UHGV virus genome: UHGV-0172001 | DNA from: a virus | Length of the DNA stretch: 46,559 bases | Strand: one strand, 5' to 3' | In this document: positions 26,868-35,695 of the stretch, piece after piece | Position numbering within the stretch: the stretch's first letter is position 1 | Layout: each line of letters opens with the position of its first letter | Translations under genes and position numbers: made by a program | Notes under the pieces: generated by a model | Told to the model about the DNA's origin: nothing | Database searches by the model: none | What the model saw: only the letters and a program-made list of their open reading frames with translations

Positions 26868-27077
26868 ATGATTTATACACATGAGATGCTTTGCGAAGCA
26901 CGTCGGGCGCTGCATGAACTGATGATCGGGCGTGCTGTGGCTTCTGTCAGTAAGAACGGACGGCAGGTACAGTATTCGCGGGCGACGATTAATGAATTAC
27001 GGCGATATATTGAGGAAATTGAAAGTGCGCTTGGAATGTCAGGTCGTCGCCGTGGCCCTGTAGGAGTACGACTGTGA
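26868..27077 (+). CDS. Head-tail joining protein (lambda gpW-like)
   Basis: ARRALHELMIGRAVASVSKNGRQV...RRRGP matches lambda W. Confidence 0.85.
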   Translation: MIYTHEMLCEARRALHELMIGRAVASVSKNGRQVQYSRATINELRRYIEEIESALGMSGRRRGPVGVRL

Positions 27078-28645
27078 GCGGGGGACTGGTGGATCTTCAT
27101 GGGCAACCTCTGCGGCATAGCATGGGATATTCCGGTGGTGGTACCGGATTTGGCGGGCAACTGGCTGAATGGCTGCCTGCACCGGAAAGTGCTGATGTGG
27201 CACTCTTACCTTCCATTCAGCTGGGTAACGCCCGTGCGGATGATCTGGTCCGTAACAACGGTATTGCCGCAAATGCTGTGGAAATTCATAAAGACCATAT
27301 CGTCGGGCACATGTTTCGCCTGAGTTACCGACCCAACTGGCGCTGGCTGGGGATGTCGGAAGCTGATTCGCATGCCTTTATTGAAGATGTTGAGGCGGCG
27401 TGGATGGAATATTGCGATCCGGTGTTTGGTTCGATGGATGTGGAAGGGCGTCGCTCGTTTACCGAATTTATTCGTGAAGGGGTGGGGGTCCATACTTTTA
27501 ACGGTGAAATTTTTGTCCAGCCAGTATGGGATACGGAATCCACGTCATTATTCAGAACAAAATTCAAGACCATCAGTCCGAAGCGCGTCAGCACGCCCGG
27601 TTATGGCATCGGCGATCGTTTTATGCGTGCCGGAGTGGAAATCAACCGTCACGGAAAGGCGATGGCTTATCATGTTCAGGACGATGACTGGCCTGGCTAC
27701 GGTGTCAGCAACTGGACACGGATTGCGGCGACGCTGCCCTCCGGGCGACCGGGAATGATCCATGTGTTTCAGCCGCAGGAGGACGGACAGACGCGCGGGG
27801 CCAACCAGTTTTATTCCGTGATGGAGCGCCTCAAGATGCTCGACACACTACAGGCCACGCAACTGCAGTCGGCGGTGGTGCGGGCGATGTATGCCGCGAC
27901 GATTGAATCCACACTGGATTCGGAAAAAGCATTTGAATATATCGCCGGTGTGGGTGATGGCGGAAAAAATCCCCTGAACACCATCATGAAAGGCTATGCG
28001 CGCTATTACGCCACCAATACGGTAAAGATGGGTGGGGTTCGTATTCCGCATCTTTATCCGGGGGATTCACTGAATCTGCAGACAGCACAGAATGCGGATA
28101 ATGGTTTCTCTGAACTGGAAAAGGCGCTGTTACGTTACATTGCTGCCGGACTGGGCGTGTCCTATGAGCAGCTTTCCCGTGATTATTCACAGGTCAGTTA
28201 TTCCAGTGCCAGGGCATCCGCCAATGAGTCGTGGCGGTATTTTATGGGGAAACGAAAATTTGTGGCCAGCCGACTGGCGTCACAGATGTTTGCCTGCTGG
28301 CTGGAGGAAGCCCTTATTCGCGGTGTGATCCGCCCACCGAAATCCCGTTTCTCATTCTGGGAGGCCCGTTCCGGGTGGTGTCGTGCCGAGTGGATTGGTG
28401 CCGGTCGCATGGCGATTGATGGCCTTAAGGAGGTGCAGGAGGCGGTGATGCGTATTGAAGGTGGCCTGAGCACGTACGAGAAGGAGCTGGCCCTGATGGG
28501 CGATGACTATCAGGAGATTTTCCGCCAGCAACTGCGTGAAAGCCAGGAGCGACAGGCGGCTGGTCTTCCCCGCCCCATCTGGATAAAGGATACGTTTCAG
28601 CAGCAGATCCGACAGACAACGGGAGAAAAAGTCGATGCGTCGTAA
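27074..28645 (+). CDS. Portal protein (lambda gpB-like)
   Basis: GNARADDLVRNNG, LQTAQNADNGFS, LLRYIAAGLGVSYEQLSRDY, GRMAIDGLKEVQEAVM: near-collinear with lambda B. Confidence 0.95.
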   Translation: MSGGLVDLHGQPLRHSMGYSGGGTGFGGQLAEWLPAPESADVALLPSIQLGNARADDLVRNNGIAANAVEIHKDHIVGHMFRLSYRPNWRWLGMSEADSHAFIEDVEAAWMEYCDPVFGSMDVEGRRSFTEFIREGVGVHTFNGEIFVQPVWDTESTSLFRTKFKTISPKRVSTPGYGIGDRFMRAGVEINRHGKAMAYHVQDDDWPGYGVSNWTRIAATLPSGRPGMIHVFQPQEDGQTRGANQFYSVMERLKMLDTLQATQLQSAVVRAMYAATIESTLDSEKAFEYIAGVGDGGKNPLNTIMKGYARYYATNTVKMGGVRIPHLYPGDSLNLQTAQNADNGFSELEKALLRYIAAGLGVSYEQLSRDYSQVSYSSARASANESWRYFMGKRKFVASRLASQMFACWLEEALIRGVIRPPKSRFSFWEARSGWCRAEWIGAGRMAIDGLKEVQEAVMRIEGGLSTYEKELALMGDDYQEIFRQQLRESQERQAAGLPRPIWIKDTFQQQIRQTTGEKVDAS

Positions 28646-30251
28646 TTTATCGCATATTGCCGCCATGGCATTTAATGAACCGCTTTTACTGGAGCCCGCT
28701 TATGCGCGGGTTTTCTTTTGCGCGCTGGGTAAAGAGATGGGGGCCGGCAGCCTTGCCGTTCCTCAGCAGGCTGTTCAGCTTGATGCTGATGGTATGCAAC
28801 TGGCTGTGACTGACTATATGGCGGGCGGTCAGCGCCCGGCAAAGAGTTACCAGGTGAAGAATGGCATCGCCATTCTGCCGGTGAGCGGCACGCTGGTGCA
28901 TAAACTGGGTACCCTGCGCCCTTACTCCGGCATGACAGGCTATGACGGCCTGACTGCCCGTCTTCAGATGGCGGTGAATGATCCGGATGTGCGCGGCATT
29001 TTGCTGGATATCGACAGCCCGGGCGGTCAGGCTGCCGGGGCGTTTGACTGTGCTGACATGATTTACCGCCTGCGGGAACAGAAGCCCGTGTGGGCGCTGT
29101 GTAATGATATGGCCTGTTCAGCCGCCATGTTGCTGGCGGCAGCCTGTACGCGTCGGCTGGTCACGCAGACGGCAAAAATTGGTTCGATTGGTGTGATGAT
29201 GGCGCACACCAGTTACGAGAAACAACTGGCACAGGAAGGGGTGGATATCACGCTGATTTACTCCGGGCAGCACAAGGTTGACGGCAACAGTATTCAGGCA
29301 TTGCCGGCAGGTGTGCGTGCAGATTTTCAGCGCCGTATTGATGAGGCCCGCCGGATGTTTGTCGACAAGGTGGCGCTTTATACGGGGCTGAGTTCAGAGG
29401 CGGTGATGAATACCGAGGCTGCCGTTTATGACGGTCAGGCAGGCATTGATGCAGGCCTGGCTGATCAACTGATTAATGCTGCAGATGCCGTTGAAGTGAT
29501 GGTTTCTGCACTGAATGACTCTGTTACGAAGGAGAATGCAATGACTGTTAAAAATCTCACCGTTGCTGAAGCGGTGGCCCAGGAAAATCAGCGCGTGATG
29601 GGGATCCTGAATTGTCAGGAGGCGAAAGGGCGCGAGCAACTGGCGCAAATGCTGGCAGAACAACCGGGAATGTCGGTTGAGCAGGCGAAAACGTTGCTGG
29701 CAGCTGCGCCGGTTGCCGGTACTGACAGCACGGGGGGGCAGATTATGGCGCTGCCGGAAGCAAAGGGGCGTGAGCAACTGGCACAGATGCTGGCAGGTCA
29801 ACCGGGAATGACGGTGGAGCAGGCGAAAGCGTTTCTGGCAGCAGCCCCTGCTGCCAGTGCTGCAGGCACAGGCGATAAGATTATGGCGTTGCCGGAAGCT
29901 AAAGGGCGTGAACAACTCGCGCAGGCGCTGGCTGAACAGCCGGGAATGACCGTTGACCAGGCAAAAACGTTACTGGCAGCGGCACCGGTTGCCTGTTCTG
30001 CAAGTGTCGGCGAGCAGATTATGGCGCTGCCGGAGGCGAAAGGGCGCGAGCAACTTGCACAGGCACTGGCAGAACAACCGGGAATGACAGTGGCGCAGGC
30101 AAAAACGTTGCTGGCAGCCGCGCCGACGGCATCGCAGCCGTCACAGGAAACACTTTTTGATCGCTTTATGGCACAGCATGCTGCCAGTGCGGTTTCCGGT
30201 GGTGGAGCTGCCGGGCACGGAGAAGAAGATCTGCTGATGAGTATGCCGTAA
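28635..30251 (+). CDS. Head maturation protease / scaffold (lambda gpC with Nu3-equivalent region), with an expanded repeat domain
   Basis: HIAAMAFNEPLLLEPAYARVFFCAL, PYSGMTGYDGL, GVMMAHTSY match lambda C; C-terminal part contains four 46-aa tandem repeats. Confidence 0.9.
   Translation: MRRNLSHIAAMAFNEPLLLEPAYARVFFCALGKEMGAGSLAVPQQAVQLDADGMQLAVTDYMAGGQRPAKSYQVKNGIAILPVSGTLVHKLGTLRPYSGMTGYDGLTARLQMAVNDPDVRGILLDIDSPGGQAAGAFDCADMIYRLREQKPVWALCNDMACSAAMLLAAACTRRLVTQTAKIGSIGVMMAHTSYEKQLAQEGVDITLIYSGQHKVDGNSIQALPAGVRADFQRRIDEARRMFVDKVALYTGLSSEAVMNTEAAVYDGQAGIDAGLADQLINAADAVEVMVSALNDSVTKENAMTVKNLTVAEAVAQENQRVMGILNCQEAKGREQLAQMLAEQPGMSVEQAKTLLAAAPVAGTDSTGGQIMALPEAKGREQLAQMLAGQPGMTVEQAKAFLAAAPAASAAGTGDKIMALPEAKGREQLAQALAEQPGMTVDQAKTLLAAAPVACSASVGEQIMALPEAKGREQLAQALAEQPGMTVAQAKTLLAAAPTASQPSQETLFDRFMAQHAASAVSGGGAAGHGEEDLLMSMP
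29607..30160 (+). repeat. Four tandem 138-bp in-frame repeats within the protease/scaffold gene
   Basis: Units starting near 29607, 29745, 29883 and 30021, each encoding ALPEAKGREQLAQxLAEQPGMTVxQAKxLLAAAP... Confidence 0.85.
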
Positions 30252-30288
30252 GCGTTATCCGTGATTCAGATAAATCAGGAGACTGAAA

Positions 30289-30624
30289 ATGATTAAAACA
30301 ACCACAGAAAAGCGCGCGGATGTGCATATTTTTGCCGGAAGCGATCCGGCGCATACCGCAACAGCCACCAGTGGTATCAGTGCTGCCACGCCCGCACTGA
30401 CGCCGCTGATGCTGGATGACGCCACCGGCAAACTGGTGGCATGGGATGGTCAGAAAGCAGGAACGGCAGTGGGCGTGCTGGCTCTGGCGCTTGCCGGAAC
30501 AGAACCCACGCTGACGTACTACAAAAGCGGTACATTTGCCACTGAGTCGCTGGTCTGGCCTGATTCTGTGGATGCGGTGAAAAAAGCCAACGCATTTGTG
30601 GGAAGTGCCATCAGCCACGCCTGA
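30289..30624 (+). CDS. Head decoration protein (lambda gpD-like)
   Basis: [29 protein letters not shown] match lambda D. Confidence 0.9.
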   Translation: MIKTTTEKRADVHIFAGSDPAHTATATSGISAATPALTPLMLDDATGKLVAWDGQKAGTAVGVLALALAGTEPTLTYYKSGTFATESLVWPDSVDAVKKANAFVGSAISHA

Positions 30625-30693
30625 TGGTGAAGTGATTGACTGAAAAAACGGGTCGCGATGCGGCCCGTTTGTGTTTCTGAAGGAAAATAAATT

Positions 30694-31722
30694 ATGGGGT
30701 TATTTACCACGCGTCAGTTACTCGGGTACACCGAGCAGAAAGTGAAATTTCGTGCGCTGTTTCTGGAGCTGTTCTTTCGTCGCACGATCACTTTCCATAC
30801 TCAGGAAGTCATGCTGGATAAAATTACCGGCAAAACACCGGTTGCGGCGTATGTGTCTCCGGTGGTGTCAGGCAAAGTGCTGCGCAGCCGTGGTGGTGAA
30901 ACCCGCGTGTTACGTCCCGGTTATGTAAAACCAAAACACCGCTTTGATTATCAGCAGGCAGTGGAACGTCTTCCGGGGGAAGATCCGGCCCGTCTTAATG
31001 ACCCGGCCTACCGCCGCCTGCGTATTCTGACTGACAACCTGAAGCAGGAAGAGCAGGCGATTGTACAGGTGGAAGAAATGCAGGCGGTCAGTGCCGTTCT
31101 GCAGGGTAAGTACACCATGAGCGGGGAACAGTTTGAGACGGTGGAAGTGGATTTTGGGCGCTCTGCCACCAATAACATTACGCAGGCTGGCGGCAACAGA
31201 TGGTCACAGCAGAATGCTGACACCTTTGATCCAACGCACGATCTGGATGCGTACTGTGATTTTGCCTCCGGGACCATCAATATCGCGATTATGGATGGCA
31301 CAGTCTGGCGTATGCTGAATGGCTTTAAGCTTTTCCGTGAAAAACTGGATACCCGTCGTGGTTCAAAATCGGAACTGGAAACCGCGCTGAAAGACCTGGG
31401 CTCCGTAGTCTCTTTTAAGGGTTATTACGGTGATCTGGCTATTGTGGTGGCGAAAACCGCTTACGTCGATGAAAACGGGGATGAACAGCGTTATCTGCCG
31501 GAAGGCACACTGATTCTGGGGAACACTCAGGCGGAAGGCGTCCGTTGCTATGGGGCCATTCAGGATAACCAGGCGCTGAGTGAAGGGATCACCTCTGCAA
31601 TTCGTTATCCAAAACACTGGCTGGAGGTGGGTGATCCTGGTTGCGAATATACCATGACGCAGTCTGCGCCGTTGATGGTGTTGCCGGATCCTGACGCGTT
31701 TGTGGTGGTTCAGGTGAAATAA
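30694..31722 (+). CDS. Major capsid protein (lambda gpE-like)
   Basis: YVSPVVSGKVLRSRGG, PGYVKPKH, DPAYRR, VEEMQAVSAVLQGKYTM, KLDTRRGSKSELETA, MTQSAPLMVL match lambda E. Confidence 0.95.
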   Translation: MGLFTTRQLLGYTEQKVKFRALFLELFFRRTITFHTQEVMLDKITGKTPVAAYVSPVVSGKVLRSRGGETRVLRPGYVKPKHRFDYQQAVERLPGEDPARLNDPAYRRLRILTDNLKQEEQAIVQVEEMQAVSAVLQGKYTMSGEQFETVEVDFGRSATNNITQAGGNRWSQQNADTFDPTHDLDAYCDFASGTINIAIMDGTVWRMLNGFKLFREKLDTRRGSKSELETALKDLGSVVSFKGYYGDLAIVVAKTAYVDENGDEQRYLPEGTLILGNTQAEGVRCYGAIQDNQALSEGITSAIRYPKHWLEVGDPGCEYTMTQSAPLMVLPDPDAFVVVQVK

Positions 31723-31727
31723 GGCGG

Positions 31728-31750
31728 GGCGGGATATTCCCGCCTTTTTC
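31728..31750 (+). terminator. Terminator/attenuator after the major capsid gene
   Basis: GGCGGG-atatt-CCCGCC plus T5. Confidence 0.6.
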
Positions 31751-31772
31751 TTTAGCGCACGGGAGAGATGTG

Positions 31773-32138
31773 ATGACAAAAGAGCAGATGACTGAACGTT
31801 TGCAGGAACTGGCAGTGATTCTGGGGCGTGAAGCAGATATTTCAGGTTCAAAGGCCGATCTTGAGCAGCGCCTGGCGGAATGGGAAGAGGAGGCCGCCGG
31901 ATTCGATGGGGAGGATACCGGGGCGGAAGAGGTGGACAACGATGCATCCGGCGACGGGATGCATTCTGAGCGGGGACTCGTCCGGGTGCGCATGCTGAAA
32001 ACAGCGCATATGCCAGCCTGTGATGCTGTGACGGGAAAAATGTTGATGTTCGCCCGGGCCTCCAGTGTTGTGCTGGTTAATGAAGCCGCAGTTCCTGCAT
32101 TGCTGGCGGACGGTCTGGCAGAAAAAATTCGGGAGTAA
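31773..32138 (+). CDS. DNA packaging / head completion protein (lambda FI position)
   Basis: Acidic protein after the capsid gene in the FI position; N-terminus MTKEQMTERLQEL resembles lambda FI. Confidence 0.55.
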   Translation: MTKEQMTERLQELAVILGREADISGSKADLEQRLAEWEEEAAGFDGEDTGAEEVDNDASGDGMHSERGLVRVRMLKTAHMPACDAVTGKMLMFARASSVVLVNEAAVPALLADGLAEKIRE

Positions 32139-32542
32139 TGATGTTTGATAATCTGTTCGATCAGGCCATGAGTGATGCGGATAACATCATCCTGGATACG
32201 ATGGGGACGGAAATCAGCATATATCCGGGCGGCACGGAAAGAAAAATCCGTGCCGTTTTTGATGCCCCGGCAGATAACACCGGGATGAACACTGGCAGTG
32301 GCGAAATTCGTGATACTGCGCCCGTGTTATTTACCCGGAGCACATGGGCCGCCGGTCTGAAAAAATATGACAGGGTCATGATCCACGGCGAACCCTACCA
32401 GGTGGTCGATCCCGGCTGGGATGAGTCGGGTACTGCGGGTCATGGTGTGATTACCATTACTCTTGCGCGGGGAGAACCCGGAAGAAGTACACCTGCTGCC
32501 CCTGTCCGACCGAGTAAACGTTATGGCAGTCAGAGAGCATGA
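32138..32542 (+). CDS. Head-tail connector (lambda FII-like)
   Basis: FDNLFD N-terminal motif shared with lambda FII; position after FI. Confidence 0.7.
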   Translation: MMFDNLFDQAMSDADNIILDTMGTEISIYPGGTERKIRAVFDAPADNTGMNTGSGEIRDTAPVLFTRSTWAAGLKKYDRVMIHGEPYQVVDPGWDESGTAGHGVITITLARGEPGRSTPAAPVRPSKRYGSQRA

Positions 32543-33245
32543 GCGAAGCAGTGCCCGGCAGCGACGGCTGGCACGAAACCTCGTCGTCGATATTGACGAG
32601 GATGAGGTGCTGAAAATTATCGCGAAACTGGGTGGTTCAAAAAGCCAGATCCGTAAAGCCTGGGGTGTGGCGCTAAAAAGAGCCGCGTCCGCACTGCGGA
32701 TGAAGGCCATGGCAGAGTTTAAAAAACAGGTTGCGCCACGCAGCCAGAAAATGATCAAAAACCGTGTCTTGAATGCTTTTATCATTCGTCGAAATGGCGA
32801 TGAGTTTGATGAGGCGAAGGTATGGTTTGGCCTGAACGCCATCAAAGTCCGTGATTTGCGCGGACGTATTACCGGTGGAAGGCGTGGCGAACGCCATCAG
32901 TTGCGCGATGAACGGGGGCGTTTTGCACCGGCCACACGCCGAAGACAGGCGAGGGAGATTCGTTTTAAACCTGCCGGGGAGGCAATACCGGTCACTACCT
33001 GGTCAGGTGAAGAGGCTTTCATTAATGAATTTGAGTCTGAAAACCGGAGCGGATGCATTTCACGACGTAAGACGGTACTGGTCCGGCAGGCATCCGGACG
33101 ACGAAGGGTACGCGAAGCAGAAATTGATATTTATGAAGCCATGCTGAACCGTATAGAGGATTTTGTTTTCCCGGATGCGGAAGCGCTGATCCTGAAAAAT
33201 TTTGAGCATGAACTGAAATTCCGGGTATTTAAGGGGCTGGAGTGA
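32523..33245 (+). CDS. Putative head-tail joining / tail completion protein
   Basis: Basic 240-aa ORF between FII and the baseplate genes; start uncertain (ATG 32523; TTG 32463 opens the ORF). Confidence 0.4.
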   Translation: MAVREHERSSARQRRLARNLVVDIDEDEVLKIIAKLGGSKSQIRKAWGVALKRAASALRMKAMAEFKKQVAPRSQKMIKNRVLNAFIIRRNGDEFDEAKVWFGLNAIKVRDLRGRITGGRRGERHQLRDERGRFAPATRRRQAREIRFKPAGEAIPVTTWSGEEAFINEFESENRSGCISRRKTVLVRQASGRRRVREAEIDIYEAMLNRIEDFVFPDAEALILKNFEHELKFRVFKGLE

Positions 33246-33808
33246 TGGAACCATTGATGATGGGAACCTGGCATCAGGCAGTGATTGACAGTCTGAAACA
33301 AATTCCCTGGGTGGAAGATGCCGATGACTACCCGGAAAAAGTGACGCAACTGGTGACGCCTGCCGTGTTTGTGGATGTGCCTGGCTGGGACAAGGCACAG
33401 TTTGCCGACGGGCAAACGCGGGTCACACTGAAATGCGATCTGTTTGTGGTGACTGATCGGGCCGGAAAGACGGAAAACGTGCCAAAACCGCAGATATTTG
33501 CCCGCTGTCTGGCAATGGATTTATCTGACTGGATTGATGGAGCCACGTTCGGGCTGGATAACGTTGACCCGGCGGTTTTTATCGATGCTGAGGTGGATAC
33601 CTTCGACCGACTGCTGGACGACTACATCGTTTTCCGTGTCTCTTTTGAACAGGACATTCCGGTCGGCGAAGATCCGTTTGCAGTTCCGGCAGGTGCGCCG
33701 TTACAGGAAGTCTGGCTGGGTAAAGTACCGGAAACCGGTAAAAAGCATGTGCAGGATTATCGTCTTATCTGGAAAGCGGAGGGCACCGGCGATGAGTCTG
33801 GCGGATGA
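33242..33808 (+). CDS. Putative tail terminator / completion protein (gpU-like position)
   Basis: 188-aa ORF, ATGA coupling with the upstream gene; precedes baseplate gpV. Confidence 0.4.
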   Translation: MMEPLMMGTWHQAVIDSLKQIPWVEDADDYPEKVTQLVTPAVFVDVPGWDKAQFADGQTRVTLKCDLFVVTDRAGKTENVPKPQIFARCLAMDLSDWIDGATFGLDNVDPAVFIDAEVDTFDRLLDDYIVFRVSFEQDIPVGEDPFAVPAGAPLQEVWLGKVPETGKKHVQDYRLIWKAEGTGDESGG

Positions 33809-34415
33809 AGTGGCAGAGTTACGCCGCAGGGTGGCGGACATGGTCCGTCGCGGCGTGGTGGAAGAGGTGATCCCGGGTAGCCCGGTGATGGTCCGGGTGG
33901 ATATCGGAGATGTGCTTTCGCCGCCGTTGCCCTGGATTCAGGTGCAGTCCGGGCGTTACATGCAGGTCAGTAATTACCCGGCACCCGGAGATGCGGTCAC
34001 GGTGATATCGGAGGCAGGTGATCTGCGTAATGGTCGGGTGTATCCGGGGGCCAACATTGACGCGATTCCGGTACCGGCGGGCAGTGAACACGAGCATGTT
34101 ATTTTGTTTGATACCGGAACGGAGATCCGTTACGACCGCCAGGCTAATGCCCTGTCCATCACGCTGGTTGAAGGCGGCAGCTATAAAATCACCGGCAGGG
34201 GAACGCTTGACGGTCCGGTGGAAATCACGGATACCCTGACTGTGCAGGGAAAAACGAAGATTAATGCCGATACGCAGGTTCTGGGCAATATCGGTGCCTC
34301 ACAGGAGATCACCGACAAAACCGGTAGCATGAGTAAAATTCGCAAAATTTATAATACTCATGATCACCCTGGCGACAGCGGGGGAACCACCCGTAAACCT
34401 AACCAGGAAATGTGA
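33792..34415 (+). CDS. Baseplate assembly protein V (P2 gpV-like spike)
   Basis: C-terminal NTHDHPGDSGGTT matches P2 V HTHKHPGDSGGTT; ATG 33792 after GGAGGG. Confidence 0.85.
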   Translation: MSLADEVAELRRRVADMVRRGVVEEVIPGSPVMVRVDIGDVLSPPLPWIQVQSGRYMQVSNYPAPGDAVTVISEAGDLRNGRVYPGANIDAIPVPAGSEHEHVILFDTGTEIRYDRQANALSITLVEGGSYKITGRGTLDGPVEITDTLTVQGKTKINADTQVLGNIGASQEITDKTGSMSKIRKIYNTHDHPGDSGGTTRKPNQEM

Positions 34416-34416
34416 A

Positions 34417-34437
34417 CGCCGCACCGGCGTTTTTTTT
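34417..34437 (+). terminator. Intra-operon terminator/attenuator between gpV and gpW
   Basis: CGCCG-cac-CGGCG plus T8. Confidence 0.55.
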
Positions 34438-34449
34438 CGGAAAAATTTC

Positions 34450-34806
34450 ATGATTGGTATTGATTCCGCCACTGGCAGATATCTGCACGGTAACGAACAT
34501 CTGCGTCAGTCCGTCACCGATATTTTATCAACACCGGTCGGCAGCCGGGTACTTCTCAGGGAATACGGCAGTAGGTTGTTCAGTCTGCTTGATAACCCGC
34601 AGGATGATTTTACGCGGGTGAGGATTGTCCGTGAAACGGCAACCGCCCTTGAACGCTGGGAACCCCGCCTGACCCTCCGGCGGGTGGAGGTGACGTGGAC
34701 AGGAGAAGGAAGCGCCTGGCTGACGCTTGTCGGGGTGAACAACGAAACACAGGAAACGATTCGACTCGAGGAGATAAAAATTGGCAGCATCTCAGGCAAT
34801 CATTGA
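34450..34806 (+). CDS. Baseplate protein W (P2 gpW / gp25-like)
   Basis: 118 aa; MIGIDSATGRYLHGNEHLRQSVTDILSTPVGSRVLLREYGSRL is typical of the GPW/gp25 family. Confidence 0.85.
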   Translation: MIGIDSATGRYLHGNEHLRQSVTDILSTPVGSRVLLREYGSRLFSLLDNPQDDFTRVRIVRETATALERWEPRLTLRRVEVTWTGEGSAWLTLVGVNNETQETIRLEEIKIGSISGNH

Positions 34807-35695
34807 TCTGTCCGCGATACCTGTACCGGATGCGGTGGAGGTGCCGGACACCGCTGTACTGATCACTCAGATAGTGGCGAAATACCAGGAACTGGACACG
34901 TTGTTTTCGGCCCTGGTGGAATCCGATCCGGCGTATAAATGGGCAGAGGCACTGGCTTTTCGGGTGGCGCTGATGCGCCAGCAGGTCAATGATGCTGTCC
35001 GGGCTGTACTGCTTGCCAGTGCCCGCAGGAACGATCTGGATCAGATTGGTGCGAATTTTCAGGTGCAACGTCTGGTGATTACCCCGGCAGATGACAGCAC
35101 TATTCCGCCCACGCCTGCGGTGTATGAAGATGATGACGCTTTTCGCGAACGTATTCAGTTGTCATGGGCACGACTCAGCACCGCAGGCGCGAGAAACGCA
35201 TACCACTATTTTGCACAGAGTGCCGATCCTGATGTGCTGGATGTGAAAGCCTACGGACCGGAAACGCATTCACAGGAAGGGCGTGTTTTTCTTTATGTGT
35301 TAGCGCGTACAGGAAATGGTACGGCATCACAACCTCTGCTGGATAAGGTGGCGGCGTCAGTCAATGATGATGAAATTCGACCCCTGACGGATTTTGTCAG
35401 CGTCCGTGCGGCAGAAATTATTCCCTACGATGTGGTGGCGGATATCCATATTCCCTACGGGCTGGATGGTGAACTGGTGATGAAAAATGCCCGCCAGGCG
35501 CTGCAGACCTACACTGACAGTGTGCACCGGATTGGCTCTGTGGCGTCCTGCTCAGGTATGGACGGAGCCCTGCATCAGACGGGGGTGATTACGGTGGCAC
35601 TGAAATCGCCGGCCAGTGATATTGTTCCGGCGATGGGGCAGGCTCCATGGTGTCGCTCAGTCACACTGAACAAGGTGGAGACAACCGATGAATGA
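34781..35695 (+). CDS. Baseplate assembly protein J (P2 gpJ-like)
   Basis: IIDLSAIPVPD N-terminus and LVITPADDSTIPPTPAV match P2 J; TTG start at 34781 with GAGGAG 7 nt upstream. Confidence 0.85.
   Translation: MAASQAIIDLSAIPVPDAVEVPDTAVLITQIVAKYQELDTLFSALVESDPAYKWAEALAFRVALMRQQVNDAVRAVLLASARRNDLDQIGANFQVQRLVITPADDSTIPPTPAVYEDDDAFRERIQLSWARLSTAGARNAYHYFAQSADPDVLDVKAYGPETHSQEGRVFLYVLARTGNGTASQPLLDKVAASVNDDEIRPLTDFVSVRAAEIIPYDVVADIHIPYGLDGELVMKNARQALQTYTDSVHRIGSVASCSGMDGALHQTGVITVALKSPASDIVPAMGQAPWCRSVTLNKVETTDE

Noticed and set aside
29394-29915. 173-aa minus-strand ORF and a possible repeat-containing gene
   Set aside because: Antisense to the protease/scaffold gene; an artefact of the 138-bp tandem repeats
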